From NCBI GenBank assembly GCA_963674785.1, contig OY771555.1, forward strand, positions 512,001 through 576,000: DNA of 64,000 nucleotides, given 5' to 3'. Below, piece after piece: positions 1 through 10,293 of this stretch (position 1 is the first letter of the stretch; every line of letters starts with the position of its first letter). Source of the stretch: Caldisericia bacterium. GTDB lineage: Bacteria > Caldisericota > Caldisericia > JAAYUI01. The position numbers were made by a program, and so were the translations under genes. The notes under the pieces are model-generated. The model saw only the letters and a list, made by a program, of their open reading frames with translations. It searched no databases and was not told the DNA's origin.

Positions 1-33
1 AGGAAATACCAGGAAGTTTTCTTCCGGTTCATT

Positions 34-588
34 TCATTCCCAGCCTTTCCCTTTTTCTAGCATAGAAATAGCCTCGGCAAGCCTCTTAAGTTTTGTCTCT
101 TGTTTTTTTGCAGATTGAATCCAACCCAGATATCTTTTTTTATGGCTCTTTGGAATCCCATTAAAATTCTCCCAAGCAACTTTATTACTTTTAAAAACAC
201 TCTCAAGCTCAGGTTCAAGCTGGCTTTCAATTTCGGCTATATCATCATAACTTTTCCTGTTTTGAAATTTCAACAACCCAGCCTCGGTCATTTGCCCCTC
301 TTTTATCATTTTCTCAGCAAGACGAATGTTTAAGTCCGACCAGCGGCTATCGGGTCTTCTTGGTGAAAACCTGTGGGTATAGCGAGAATCATCAATCCGC
401 TTTTTGATGCCGTCAATCCAGCCAAAACAAATCGCCTGCTCAACAGACTCTCGATATGAAACAGAGGGTATTCCTGTGTGTTTTTTGAAATAAACCAACC
501 ACACCTCGGACTGCTTGTCATGGTTTTCAATTAACCATTCCCTCCACTTGCCCACATCGGTAGCACTGTAGCTCGGTTTCAAATCCAT
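34..588 (-). CDS. YdeI/OmpD-associated family protein
   Basis: Motifs WREWL..NH, VEQAICFGWIDG, RFSPRRPDSRWS and C-terminal YLGWIQSAKKQETKLKRL; ATG at 588 preferred. Confidence 0.85.
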   Translation of the reverse strand: MDLKPSYSATDVGKWREWLIENHDKQSEVWLVYFKKHTGIPSVSYRESVEQAICFGWIDGIKKRIDDSRYTHRFSPRRPDSRWSDLNIRLAEKMIKEGQMTEAGLLKFQNRKSYDDIAEIESQLEPELESVFKSNKVAWENFNGIPKSHKKRYLGWIQSAKKQETKLKRLAEAISMLEKGKGWE

Positions 589-671
589 CTTCACCCACAC
601 CTTTCAAAACAAGTGTAGTGATTTTTTCAAAAATTCTCAAACCAACCGGAAGATTTTACACAGGTTTACTG

Positions 672-699
672 TAGACAAACCAATTTGTTTGGTTATAAT
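672..699 (+). promoter_or_regulatory. sigma70-type promoter of tRNA-Thr
   Basis: TAGACA-16nt-TATAAT ending 13 nt upstream of the tRNA. Confidence 0.6.
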
Positions 700-712
700 C
701 AACTCCCTGGAT

Positions 713-788
713 GCCGGGATAGCTCAGTTGGTAGAGCGATAAATTCGTAATTTATAGGTCAGGAGTTCGATTCTCCTTCTCGGCTCCA
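713..788 (+). tRNA. tRNA-Thr (anticodon CGT)
   Basis: Cloverleaf GCCGGGA/TCTCGGC, D arm GCTC-AGTTGGTA-GAGC, anticodon arm ATAAA-TTCGTAA-TTTAT, T arm AGGAG-TTCGATT-CTCCT, encoded CCA; 76 nt. Confidence 0.97.
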
Positions 789-826
789 GTTTAATATTTC
801 CCAGAAAATAATACCTCTTCCTTCAT

Positions 827-986
827 ATAAATTCATAATTTATAAGTCATCTACAGTGTAGCTTTGCGATTCTCCCTCTCGGCTCCAAGTCATTCATCCT
901 CCCTTCATTCTTTATCTGATCGAGAATCTAAATTCGAATTTATAGGTCATCTACAATATAGTTTGCGATTCTCCTTCTCGGCTCAA
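827..986 (+). repeat. Two degenerate tandem copies of the tRNA-Thr 3' half (827-887, 929-986)
   Basis: Both retain AAATTC..AATTTATA.GTCA and CGATTCTCC.TCTCGGCTC; 3' ends at 788, 887 and 986. Confidence 0.85.
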
Positions 987-1014
987 AATAGCATTAACAA
1001 TGCCTTTTCTTCTA

Positions 1015-1243
1015 CGTCATTCCCGTCCCGCATCAAGTGCGGGATGACGGATCGGGAATCCAGGGTTACTCTTGATACATGAATTCTTTATTCAGTAATT
1101 CTTGATGTTGGTCAAATCATTTCAGCAGACAAAAACGAATACGCTTTTTTGTGCCCTAGACCCCGGGTCTTCGCCCGGGGTGACGAAGAGAAGATGCGGG
1201 GTGACGAAGGATGATGTCATTCCCGCGAAGGCGGGAATCCAGG
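1015..1243. repeat. REP-like palindrome cluster with REPIN-like element (copy A)
   Basis: CGTCATTCCCG...CGGGAATCC hairpins, e.g. GTCATTCCCGCGAAGGCGGGAATCC, enclosing a ~100-nt core repeated elsewhere in the window. Confidence 0.85.
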
Positions 1244-1287
1244 AGTTGTCGATTGACCAACAGTTTTATCTCTGTATTATTCAACAT

Positions 1288-2415
1288 ATGGGAATCAGCA
1301 AAAGTATTTATAATTCAATTTCTAATGAGCATCTGTGGAATAGAGTTTTTCCTGAAAGAGATTTATCAAAAGATTATATCCTGCCTGGAACTCCAATTAA
1401 GATAATTCTTTTTGGGAATGGGTTAACATTGAGATTTGATAGAAATTTCCTAAATAAAACGATTGTGTCTTATTCAATGAAGACAGTATTTGAAAAAGAA
1501 TTCTCTGAAAAATTTGGCACTGACATTCAATATATAATCTTAAAAACTCTTGAATCAGGAATAACATCTTTCGAGGAGATCTTCTTCAAACTTGGTACGG
1601 CCTCAAAAGCTCTAAGCCGATTGGGTTTTATACCAAAACAAAATAATTATGATTTGGAAGTTATAATGAAAGCTATAAAGCACATATTAATCATCCATAT
1701 AAACGGCATAATGAGGAATCCAAAGATTCTAAACTTTAGCCAGATAAGGAATTGGTATCTTAGGTTCAACGGAATTTTTACCCTCAATTATGATATATAT
1801 ACGAACTTAGCGTTAGAAGATGATTTCCGGTCAAAGCTATGCTACAATTTTTTTGAAGAACCAAAAAGAAACAAAGGTAATCCAAGATTTCAAAAAGAAA
1901 ATAATAAGAACAGACTCTTTTCGGTAAAAAATAAAAATTGTAGTTTTTTTAACTTACATGGATCATTGTTACATTCTCTCAAAGATAAGCACACTTACTA
2001 CAAACGGACTGATCAATACCTAGAAAAGGATATGCTTATCGACTCAACTGCTGAAACTTGCGTTATAGGTGGAGATGGAGACTCAAAAAGAGAATATATC
2101 TCAAAAAATGACTATTTAGCTTTTTGTTTTGATCAATTTTCGACAGTTCTCCAGAATGACTACAAAAAAGACATATTAATCTTTGGTGCAGGCTTAACAA
2201 GTTATGATTCGCATATTGTTGATGAGCTTAAAAAAGCAAACAATGCAAAAATCTATTTTCAACATATGGAGGCTGACGAACTTGAAATAAGTGATGAGAA
2301 GAGAAACCTATATCACTACATAAATGACAGGGGTAATTCAGAAGCATTTTTTGTGTATATTCCGAGGGATAGAGGATTGCCATTTGAATCAAGTACAAAT
2401 AGTAACGAAACATAA
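1288..2415 (+). CDS. DUF4917/SIR2-like family protein (putative NAD-consuming defence protein)
   Basis: Motifs ILFGNGLT, FTLNYD, NLHGSL, K..YI....YL..C, LIFG.....YDSHI; the upstream ORF extension is translated repeat, so ATG 1288 is preferred. Confidence 0.65.
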   Translation: MGISKSIYNSISNEHLWNRVFPERDLSKDYILPGTPIKIILFGNGLTLRFDRNFLNKTIVSYSMKTVFEKEFSEKFGTDIQYIILKTLESGITSFEEIFFKLGTASKALSRLGFIPKQNNYDLEVIMKAIKHILIIHINGIMRNPKILNFSQIRNWYLRFNGIFTLNYDIYTNLALEDDFRSKLCYNFFEEPKRNKGNPRFQKENNKNRLFSVKNKNCSFFNLHGSLLHSLKDKHTYYKRTDQYLEKDMLIDSTAETCVIGGDGDSKREYISKNDYLAFCFDQFSTVLQNDYKKDILIFGAGLTSYDSHIVDELKKANNAKIYFQHMEADELEISDEKRNLYHYINDRGNSEAFFVYIPRDRGLPFESSTNSNET

Positions 2416-2418
2416 ATT

Positions 2419-2556
2419 CCTGGATTCCCAGTCCGTCATCCCGCACTTGATGAGGGACGGGAATGACAAGAAAAAGCTCAGGATAACAGGGGGCATGTAG
2501 GTATCGTAGAGATTCCAAATCAAAAACCCGGATCCCCGATCGGAGTCGGGGATGAC
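2419..2556. repeat. REP-like palindrome cluster (inverted relative to the 1015 cluster)
   Basis: CCTGGATTCCCAGTCCGTCATCCCGCACTTGATGAGGGACGGGAATGAC is a near-perfect reverse complement of 1016-1063; second hairpin GATCCCCGATCGGAGTCGGGGATGAC. Confidence 0.85.
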
Positions 2557-2595
2557 ATTCTTCCGAATTTCTTCTTTGAAGAAATGGGAATAATC

Positions 2596-3120
2596 TCACT
2601 TTAAGCAGTATTTCTCCCAGTGCACCTTACTCTCATCATACCTGTGTCTTGGCTCTTTTTGTTCCGCTTTGTAACCAACATAGACGATGCCAAGGGGTGT
2701 GACATGCGCAGGGATTTCAAGGATTTCTGTGACTTTGGTGACTCGCTCAGATATTGGATACACACCAAGCCAGACTGTGCCAAGGTTTATGCTAACTGCA
2801 GCCACCATGACGTTTTGAATCGCAGCGCTGCAGTCCTGTGGCCACATCTCGCCTTTCACACGTTCCGCAGCAACAGTTTTGTTCGCACAAACTATGATTG
2901 CCGCAGGGGCATTGTAATTTCCGTATGTCAGACCCTCACGAATTTTGTCCATCTGGGCTTTTTCTGTGACAACAATAAACTCATATGGACGTGAGTCTTT
3001 TGCGGATGGTGCTGCAAACCCAGCCTTGAGTAACCACTCGATTTTTTCTTTTTCAACCGGCTTTTCTTCATATTTTCTGATGCTCCTGCGAGCAAATATT
3101 GTGTTTATAGTTTCATTCAT
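2596..3120 (-). CDS. Nitroreductase family protein
   Basis: IFARRSIRKY, APSAKDSRPYEFIVV, DCSAAIQN, LGTVWLG. Confidence 0.92.
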   Translation of the reverse strand: MNETINTIFARRSIRKYEEKPVEKEKIEWLLKAGFAAPSAKDSRPYEFIVVTEKAQMDKIREGLTYGNYNAPAAIIVCANKTVAAERVKGEMWPQDCSAAIQNVMVAAVSINLGTVWLGVYPISERVTKVTEILEIPAHVTPLGIVYVGYKAEQKEPRHRYDESKVHWEKYCLK

Positions 3121-3295
3121 TTTTCATGTCCTCCTGATTTCCTCTTTATACACCTATACTTTTTAAAGGTCAATACATCCTATATTCCAGTTTTGCCCTT
3201 GAACAGGGTTACTATCGGTTCGCTGATTCATGTTTTGAAATCATTCAGCATCTATGTATAATAACTCCAGAGTAGAAAATCTGTGGAGGAAAAAC

Positions 3296-4768
3296 ATGAA
3301 AAAACCTGATCAGCTTGTTTATCTTATAGTTACTTTCCTTATTTGTCTTGTGATTTTTGCGGGATGCACGCAAAAAAAAGAGATATGTGAATCAAACTTT
3401 GATTCAGAGAATTGGACAGTTTATAACCCAGATGACTATACCGAAAATGACCCATCGATAATCCCAATAACAAAGAATTCTTCCTATACTCCAATATTAA
3501 GATTGGATAGTAAAGGTTTTCCACATATTGTTTGGTGTGAGGCTTACCCAGGCACAATCAAATATATAAGATGGAATGGTGAGAATTGGGTATGTGCAGA
3601 TGGATCAAAGTATGATTCTAGGCTTTCAAAAACTTTGCCGGCAAATGTTAGCAGATCACAGACCGATGCAATCAGGCCATACTTTGAACTCGATTCTAAT
3701 GATAATCCGCACATATCATGGACTGATTTTCGAATTGGTGGTGATGGATACGTTTATTATACTAAGTGGGATGGTGAGAATTGGGTATGCATTGATAACA
3801 CGATTTATGACTACAATGACAATGAGTTAAGTAACCCTTCAAACTTAAAGATAAAAAACGTTGACTCTTTTAAATTCACACTAGACAAAACGGACAACCC
3901 ACACTTTGTTTTTTCAACAGGGTTTAGGAAAAGCGATATATGTTACGTAAGGTGGGATGTAGAAAAGCTGGTTTGTGCCGATGGAACAAAGTTTTCTCAA
4001 CTTCAAAAGGAATCCTATGAAAGTGCTAATGTTTCCAAAAGAGTATGTTCACTAGAACCATCAATAGTTTTAGATTCAAATGATTACCCACATATTGTGT
4101 GGCAGGATACATCAAGAAATGGTTTTTCCATTGGGGATATTTTTTATATTAGATGGAATGGTGAGAAATGGATATGTGCTGATGGAAGTCCTTACGATGA
4201 GAGTGATAATTGTTTTTCAAATCCAGCAAACATTAGCAAAACTAAAAATTGGTCAGAAAAACCCGCTATAATGCTGGCTGAAAATGATTTCCCAATTATC
4301 CTGTTCAGAACTTATTTTTCGAGTGATGAATCAAATCTTATTTTTTGGGATGGAAATGAGTGGATTTGTTTAGATGGATCACCGTATGTACCTGAGAATT
4401 GTAAAACTTCAGAATCTGGTTTTGTTAGAAATTATTTCCAAAAACTTGACAACTTTGAATTTCTTCCACTGCTTTATAAAAAAGAGAAATATATTCACCT
4501 TGCTAGAATTAATGATGAATTTGAAGAGGATAAAGGAAAAATTTGTTTTAACACAATTGGCGAAATGGAATTTCTCACAAGCTCTACGAAAAAGAAACCT
4601 GATTTTATAACCACTATTGGTATTTGTTGGAATTATGATGAGACAACAATCTCGTATGGATTTGATGAATGTGGATATCCCCACATAGTTTGGCTTGTTG
4701 ATGGGTGCGATAATGAAGGTGTTCACTACATAAGGTGGGATGGAAAGAATTGGGTGACTCCGAAGTAG
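3296..4768 (+). CDS. Lipoprotein with internal repeats (PHI.W...Y.RWNGENWVC.DG), probable beta-propeller
   Basis: Lipobox FAGC after hydrophobic stretch; about 6 repeats of LDS.D.PHI.W and YIRW(N/D)G..W.C; GGAGG SD before ATG 3296. Confidence 0.75.
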   Translation: MKKPDQLVYLIVTFLICLVIFAGCTQKKEICESNFDSENWTVYNPDDYTENDPSIIPITKNSSYTPILRLDSKGFPHIVWCEAYPGTIKYIRWNGENWVCADGSKYDSRLSKTLPANVSRSQTDAIRPYFELDSNDNPHISWTDFRIGGDGYVYYTKWDGENWVCIDNTIYDYNDNELSNPSNLKIKNVDSFKFTLDKTDNPHFVFSTGFRKSDICYVRWDVEKLVCADGTKFSQLQKESYESANVSKRVCSLEPSIVLDSNDYPHIVWQDTSRNGFSIGDIFYIRWNGEKWICADGSPYDESDNCFSNPANISKTKNWSEKPAIMLAENDFPIILFRTYFSSDESNLIFWDGNEWICLDGSPYVPENCKTSESGFVRNYFQKLDNFEFLPLLYKKEKYIHLARINDEFEEDKGKICFNTIGEMEFLTSSTKKKPDFITTIGICWNYDETTISYGFDECGYPHIVWLVDGCDNEGVHYIRWDGKNWVTPK

Positions 4769-4845
4769 ATTTGATACTCAATCCTCATGTCATTCACAGC
4801 ATTAACCAGGAATAACGAATAACAGATCACACTTCAAGTAGCCGA

Positions 4846-5393
4846 GATGCCCAGTCAAGCTGGGCATGACTTTATTCCCTGGTGACTTCGTCACCATCCC
4901 TCCCTATCGGGGAGGCTTTTAATAACCCGCCATCCTCTCCTCCTCGTCATTCCGTGCTTGACGCGGAATCCAAGGTTATTTTTGAATCACAAAATATCTT
5001 TTGGGGTATCATTGATGGTAGATTGGTAATTTCTCCCGATAAAAAAATAATACGCTTTTTTGTGCCCTGGTTTCCAGCTTCCGCTGGAAAGTCGTAAAGA
5101 AACCACGTCATTCCAGACTTGATCGGGAATCCAGGGTTACTTTTGATACATGAATTCTTTATTCAATAATTCTTGCTGAAAGAGGGATTGTTTCACCAGA
5201 CAAAAGCAAATACGCTCTTCCATGCCCTAGACCCCCGGTCTTCGCCCGGGGTGACGGAGAGAAAATGCGGGGCAACAGAGAGAGGGTACAGGCAACAGGA
5301 AAGCACATGGTTTCGTGCTGGTTGCTGAGTCTGCATAGGTATATGCGAAAGACTTAACCCTCCCTGGTGACTTCGTCACCATCCCTCCCTATC
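4846..5393. repeat. Large REP-like cluster with two REPIN-like elements (B, C) and two CCCTGGTGACTTCGTCACCATCCCTCCC units
   Basis: Multiple GTCATTCC..GGAATCC hairpins; cores alignable to copy A. Confidence 0.85.
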
Positions 5394-5395
5394 TT

Positions 5396-5806
5396 TCAAT
5401 CATCCAAAATCAAAGTAGATGTTAACTCCCCATTTTTCTCCACTACCTCAAGCCCACCATATGTTGCTGATTTGATACAGTGAAAAAGCTCATGCTTTTC
5501 TTGCTTATATATTTCCCCAGAGGTTTTGCAGAAAACATCATCCCCCGAAACTTCAATATCACAGGTTTTGGGAATAAAACCGGTGGTTTCAAAAAGAAAT
5601 ATCAGCTCATTGATAAGTAGGACAAGTTTTCCTTCAGGGTTATCCGAGCCAATCTTAAACTCCCTCTCCACATCACAAGAGAGGGAATCTGGGTCTGTAA
5701 GAAGTGCTGTGTAACCAAAAACGGCTGACCGCAAAAGCTCCTCCTGGGTTGCACCAGAAAGAGCAAGTGCTAAGTCAGCCGTATGGTCGATTATTTTAAA
5801 ACTCAA
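5396..5806 (-). CDS. Archease
   Basis: [22 protein letters not shown], terminal LDD; overlaps the gyrA stop. Confidence 0.9.
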   Translation of the reverse strand: MSFKIIDHTADLALALSGATQEELLRSAVFGYTALLTDPDSLSCDVEREFKIGSDNPEGKLVLLINELIFLFETTGFIPKTCDIEVSGDDVFCKTSGEIYKQEKHELFHCIKSATYGGLEVVEKNGELTSTLILDD

Positions 5807-8274
5807 AGTTTAGGGTCTTCTTCTCCATCCCCGTTGTTTCCATTTCTTTCCGGGGTTTCACGGGTGATTGCGTTTACAACATCACCTTCTTTGAGTTTGA
5901 TGAGTCTGACACCAGTTGCGTATCTGCCGCATTCTCTGATGCTGTCAATTGTGATCTTGATTGTCTGTCCACCCTTTGTGATGATGAAGAGATGATCATC
6001 AGGCTGCACAACACGGCAAGTCTGAACTGGGCCAGACTTAACATTGATCTTCATCGCGCGAACGCCTTTTCCGCCACGTTTGATAAGTCTGAATTCATCA
6101 AATCCTGTGCGTTTTCCATAACCTTTTTCGGAAACACAAAGCAGTGAACCACCCTCTTCATAGACTTCCATTCCAACAACCATGTCATCAACACCAAGTC
6201 TGATACCGATGACTCCGCGTGCTGTTCTCCCCATCGTTCGGACGTCAGCTTCATTGAAGCGGATTCCAAGACCATGTTTTGAGACGATGATGATTTCTGT
6301 TTGAGGGTCAACCGCACGGGTTTTTCTGAGCCAGTCATCACCATCGAGAGTGATTGCAATAATACCGGTTCTTCTGACCTTCTGGAATGATTTGAGTGGA
6401 AGTTTTTTTACGATTCCCATCGATGTGACCATGAATAAGAATCTTTCATCCCATTCTTGAACAGGAAGGATTGTTGTAACAAACTCTGATGGAGCAAGTG
6501 GAAGAAGAGTGGTAATTGGAGTGCCTTTTGCGGCTCGACCAACCTCACCAACATCGTAAACCTTGAATTTGTAAACCTTACCGAGGTTTGTAAATGCAAG
6601 CATATCTTGTTTATTGGTGACACTGAAGATATCTTGAGCCTGGTCTTCACCAGCAGTCTGGATACCGGTTACACCAAGTCCACCTCTGCTTTGTGCTCTC
6701 CACTCTTCAGGTTTGACACGTTTGATGTAGCCGTCTTTTGTTGTTGCAATGATCATTGGGTCATCACGGATGAGGTCTTCTGCTGTTATGTCGCCTTCTT
6801 CAATGTTTCCAACCTGAGTTCTTCTCTCATCGCCAAATTCTTTTTTGAGTTCATTAAACTCTTTTTTGATGAGCTTTTTCATCGCCTCTGGGTTTTCAAG
6901 GATTTCACGAAGACGTTTGATTGTTTTGACAAGCTCTGCAATCTCTTTTTCGATCTTACCAACCTCAAGCTTGGTGAGTCTTCCAAGCCTCATTTCAAGG
7001 ATTGCTTTTGCCTGTTTTTCAGAAAGCTCAAAACGTTTCCTGAGTTGTGCCATCGCCTCAGTGTTGCCTGCGGCATTTCTGATAATCTTGATTGTCTCAT
7101 CAATATTTGTGATGGCGATATGGATTCCCTCTAGGATATGTTTACGCTCTTCTGCTTTTCTGAGCTGGAATTTTGTTCTTTTGGTAACAGTTTCGCGTCT
7201 GAAATCGAGGAAGTTGTTGAGCATTCCGATAAGACCAAGTGTCTTTGGCATGCCGTCAATGATTGAGAGCATGTTTCCGCCAAATGTTGTCTGAAGCTGA
7301 GTGTGTTTGAAGAGTTTCTTTTCAATGAATTTCCAGTCAACACCGGACTTCAGCTCAATTACAATCCTCATTCCTTCACGGTCAGATTCGTCTCTGAGGT
7401 CTGTAATTCCAACTATCTTTTTGTCTCGAACATGATCGGCAATTGATTTGATGAGGTTTGACTTGTTTACCAGATATGGGATCTCTGTGATGATATATGA
7501 GGTTTTTCTTCCTTCTGCCTCAACATGACCAATACCTTGAAGGATTATTGAACCACGTCCAGTTTCAAAAAATGATCTGACACCAGCAGGGGATACAATG
7601 CGACCACCTGTCGGGAAGTCTGGACCTGGGATAATCTTCAAGACATCTTCAATATCGGGGTTTGGATTGTCAAGAAGCATAGTCAGACAATCAACAAGCT
7701 CTGTGAGGTTGTGTGGCGGAATGTTTGTTGCCATTCCAACACCGATACCAGATGAACCATTTAGAAGCAGGTATGGGAGTTTTGCAGGAAGTGTGAGTGG
7801 TTCATCGATTGTATTGTCGAAGTTTTTCTGCCAGTCTACTGTATCCTGTTCTATTTCATCAAGCAGATGGGTTGCAATCTTTGTGAGTCTTACCTCAGTA
7901 TAACGCATTGCCGCAGCACCATCACCGTCTACACTACCAAAGTTTCCCTGACCATCAACAAGTGGGTAGCGGAAGGTGAATGGTTGAGCCATTCTGACAA
8001 GTGAATCGTAGATTGCTGTTTCACCGTGCGGATGGAATTTACCAAGAACATCTCCAACAACCCTTGCTGCTTTTTTATATGGTTTTGAAGGGACATTACC
8101 AAGCTCGTGCATCGCAAAAAGGATACGTCTGTGAACTGGTTTCTGTCCATCATATGCAATTGGGATTGATCTACCGATGTTTACAGACATCGCATAATCA
8201 AGATAGTAATCCTTCAACTGCTCATTTATCTGGACAATCTTCATGTTTTCGCCAAGATTTTTACCGTTACTCAT
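5803..8274 (-). CDS. gyrA: DNA gyrase subunit A
   Basis: [30 protein letters not shown], GyrA box QSRGGLG, C-terminal pinwheel repeats. Confidence 0.98.
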   Translation of the reverse strand: MSNGKNLGENMKIVQINEQLKDYYLDYAMSVNIGRSIPIAYDGQKPVHRRILFAMHELGNVPSKPYKKAARVVGDVLGKFHPHGETAIYDSLVRMAQPFTFRYPLVDGQGNFGSVDGDGAAAMRYTEVRLTKIATHLLDEIEQDTVDWQKNFDNTIDEPLTLPAKLPYLLLNGSSGIGVGMATNIPPHNLTELVDCLTMLLDNPNPDIEDVLKIIPGPDFPTGGRIVSPAGVRSFFETGRGSIILQGIGHVEAEGRKTSYIITEIPYLVNKSNLIKSIADHVRDKKIVGITDLRDESDREGMRIVIELKSGVDWKFIEKKLFKHTQLQTTFGGNMLSIIDGMPKTLGLIGMLNNFLDFRRETVTKRTKFQLRKAEERKHILEGIHIAITNIDETIKIIRNAAGNTEAMAQLRKRFELSEKQAKAILEMRLGRLTKLEVGKIEKEIAELVKTIKRLREILENPEAMKKLIKKEFNELKKEFGDERRTQVGNIEEGDITAEDLIRDDPMIIATTKDGYIKRVKPEEWRAQSRGGLGVTGIQTAGEDQAQDIFSVTNKQDMLAFTNLGKVYKFKVYDVGEVGRAAKGTPITTLLPLAPSEFVTTILPVQEWDERFLFMVTSMGIVKKLPLKSFQKVRRTGIIAITLDGDDWLRKTRAVDPQTEIIIVSKHGLGIRFNEADVRTMGRTARGVIGIRLGVDDMVVGMEVYEEGGSLLCVSEKGYGKRTGFDEFRLIKRGGKGVRAMKINVKSGPVQTCRVVQPDDHLFIITKGGQTIKITIDSIRECGRYATGVRLIKLKEGDVVNAITRETPERNGNNGDGEEDPKL

Positions 8275-8281
8275 GTTTCAC

Positions 8282-10174
8282 CTATATATCAAGATTTCTG
8301 ACTTCGTGCGCATGTTCTTCGATGAACTTACGTCTCGGCTCAACTTTATCACCCATAAGAAGTGAGAAGAGTCTCTCAGTTTCAGCTACATCTTCCATGT
8401 CTATCCTTATGATTGTTCTTCTCCATGGGTCGATTGTGGTTTCCCAAAGCTGATTTGCACTCATCTCACCAAGTCCTTTATAGCGCTGGACGTGGCTGCT
8501 TTTTCCTATCTCTTCAAGTGCCTGTTTCAAAGCTTTATCTGTGTACACATATTTTGCCTTCTTACCAGAACCAACTTTATAAAGCGGTGGCTGGGCAAGA
8601 TATATATGTCCATTTTCAATGAGTGGTCTGAAATAGTTATAGAAGAGTGTCAAAAGAAGTGTTGCGATATGAGCACCATCAACATCAGCATCAGCCATAA
8701 TAATAACTTTGTGATAGCGGAGCTTATCGATGTTGAAATCATCACCAATTCCACAACCAAGTGATGTGATAATTGACCTGATTTCTGCATTTGAGAGAAT
8801 CTTGTTGAGGTTTGCTTTTTCAACATTGAGGACTTTACCACGGAGTGGAAGGATTGCCTGGAATTTTCTGTCTCTTCCCTGTTTTGCGTTACCTCCAGCA
8901 GAGTTACCCTCTACAATGAAAAGCTCACAGCGGGATGCATCTTTTTCAGAGCAATCAGCAAGTTTTCCAGGAAGTACTGATGACTCGAGAAGTGTTTTTC
9001 TTCGTACAAGTTCACGAGCTTTTTTGGCTGCCTCTCTTGCTTTTTTGGCCATCAAGCATTTTTCAAGAATAATCTTGAGGGTCGCGGGGTCTCGGTCAAA
9101 ATAGAAAGCAAGTTTTTCTGCAACAAACCTGTCAACTGCAGACTTCGCAGTCATGTTTCCGAGTCTACCTTTTGTTTGACCTTCAAACTGAGGATCTGCA
9201 ATACGGATCGAAAGGATTGCAACAAGCCCGTCTCTGGTATCTTCACCTGCGAGTTTCATGTTAGGATCTTTGATGATTCCGTGCATCTGACCACGATCAT
9301 TTAAAACTCTTGTGAGTGCTGAGTGGAATCCAGTGACATGTGTTCCGCCATCGGTTGTTTGGATTGAGTTGACGAATGAGAAGAGGTCTTCACCATAACC
9401 ATCAGTGTAGTGCATTGCGAAATCTACAAAGATGTCATCCATCTCGTCGCTAAAACTGATGACCTCTTTATGGAGAGCGTTTTTACCCTCTGAGAGGAAC
9501 TCTACGAATTCACCAAGTCCGCCTTCAAACTTGAAATCTTCTTTGTTCCCAGAGATTTCGTCAGCTATTGTTATTCGAAGTCCGGAGTTAAGATATGCAA
9601 GCTCACGTAGTCTGTTTTTGAGAGTCTCATACTTAAACTCAACTGATTCAAAAATCTCTAAATCTGGTTTGAATGTTACAATTGTTCCGGTCGAGTTTGT
9701 CTCACCGGATGTTTCAAGTTCGGTCTCCTGGATACCTCTTCTGAATCGCTGACGATGGATATGTCCATCACGTTTGATTGTTACTGTCAACCACTCTGAA
9801 AGAGCGTTTACACAGGAAACACCGACACCATGAAGACCACCGGATACCTTATAGGTATTCTTATCAAATTTACCACCGGCATTCAGTTTTGTAAGTGCTA
9901 CCGTAACACCAGGGATTCCAAGTTGTGGATGAATATCGATTGGGAAACCTCGACCATCATCTGCAATCGAGATTGAACCATCAAGATGAAGGGTGACATC
10001 AATTCTCTTGCAATGACCTGCCATCGCCTCATCGATTGAGTTATCAACAACTTCATACACCAAATGATGGAGACCGCGTATATCGGTTGTTCCGATATAC
10101 ATCGCTGGTCTGAGCCGAACATGCTCAATTCCATCAAGTACTTTTATGTCTTGTGCTGTATATTCTTTGGACAT
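8282..10174 (-). CDS. gyrB: DNA gyrase subunit B
   Basis: EVVDNSIDE, GGLHGVG, EGNSAGG, PLRGK, MADADVDG, RYKGLGEM. Confidence 0.98.
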   Translation of the reverse strand: MSKEYTAQDIKVLDGIEHVRLRPAMYIGTTDIRGLHHLVYEVVDNSIDEAMAGHCKRIDVTLHLDGSISIADDGRGFPIDIHPQLGIPGVTVALTKLNAGGKFDKNTYKVSGGLHGVGVSCVNALSEWLTVTIKRDGHIHRQRFRRGIQETELETSGETNSTGTIVTFKPDLEIFESVEFKYETLKNRLRELAYLNSGLRITIADEISGNKEDFKFEGGLGEFVEFLSEGKNALHKEVISFSDEMDDIFVDFAMHYTDGYGEDLFSFVNSIQTTDGGTHVTGFHSALTRVLNDRGQMHGIIKDPNMKLAGEDTRDGLVAILSIRIADPQFEGQTKGRLGNMTAKSAVDRFVAEKLAFYFDRDPATLKIILEKCLMAKKAREAAKKARELVRRKTLLESSVLPGKLADCSEKDASRCELFIVEGNSAGGNAKQGRDRKFQAILPLRGKVLNVEKANLNKILSNAEIRSIITSLGCGIGDDFNIDKLRYHKVIIMADADVDGAHIATLLLTLFYNYFRPLIENGHIYLAQPPLYKVGSGKKAKYVYTDKALKQALEEIGKSSHVQRYKGLGEMSANQLWETTIDPWRRTIIRIDMEDVAETERLFSLLMGDKVEPRRKFIEEHAHEVRNLDI

Positions 10175-10293
10175 TTCTACTCCTTGAGATTAACCGAATA
10201 ATTTTAACATCTCTCAACACATAATACAATAAACATGTGGTGGTGTTCACGGAAAAATTTTTCTCCCCATATAAGAGCTAATTCTTTAAAAAA

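Noticed and set aside
713-986. CRISPR array
   Set aside because: Units are tRNA-derived, ~60 nt, degenerate, only two copies, and no cas genes are present
1102-1287. N-terminal extension of the SIR2-like ORF, and small ORFs 864-1082, 2228-2599, 4882-5097, 45625-45906, 51469-51687
   Set aside because: These are translations of palindromic repeats (VIPAKAGIQ, RHSVLDAES, etc.) without SD or coding character
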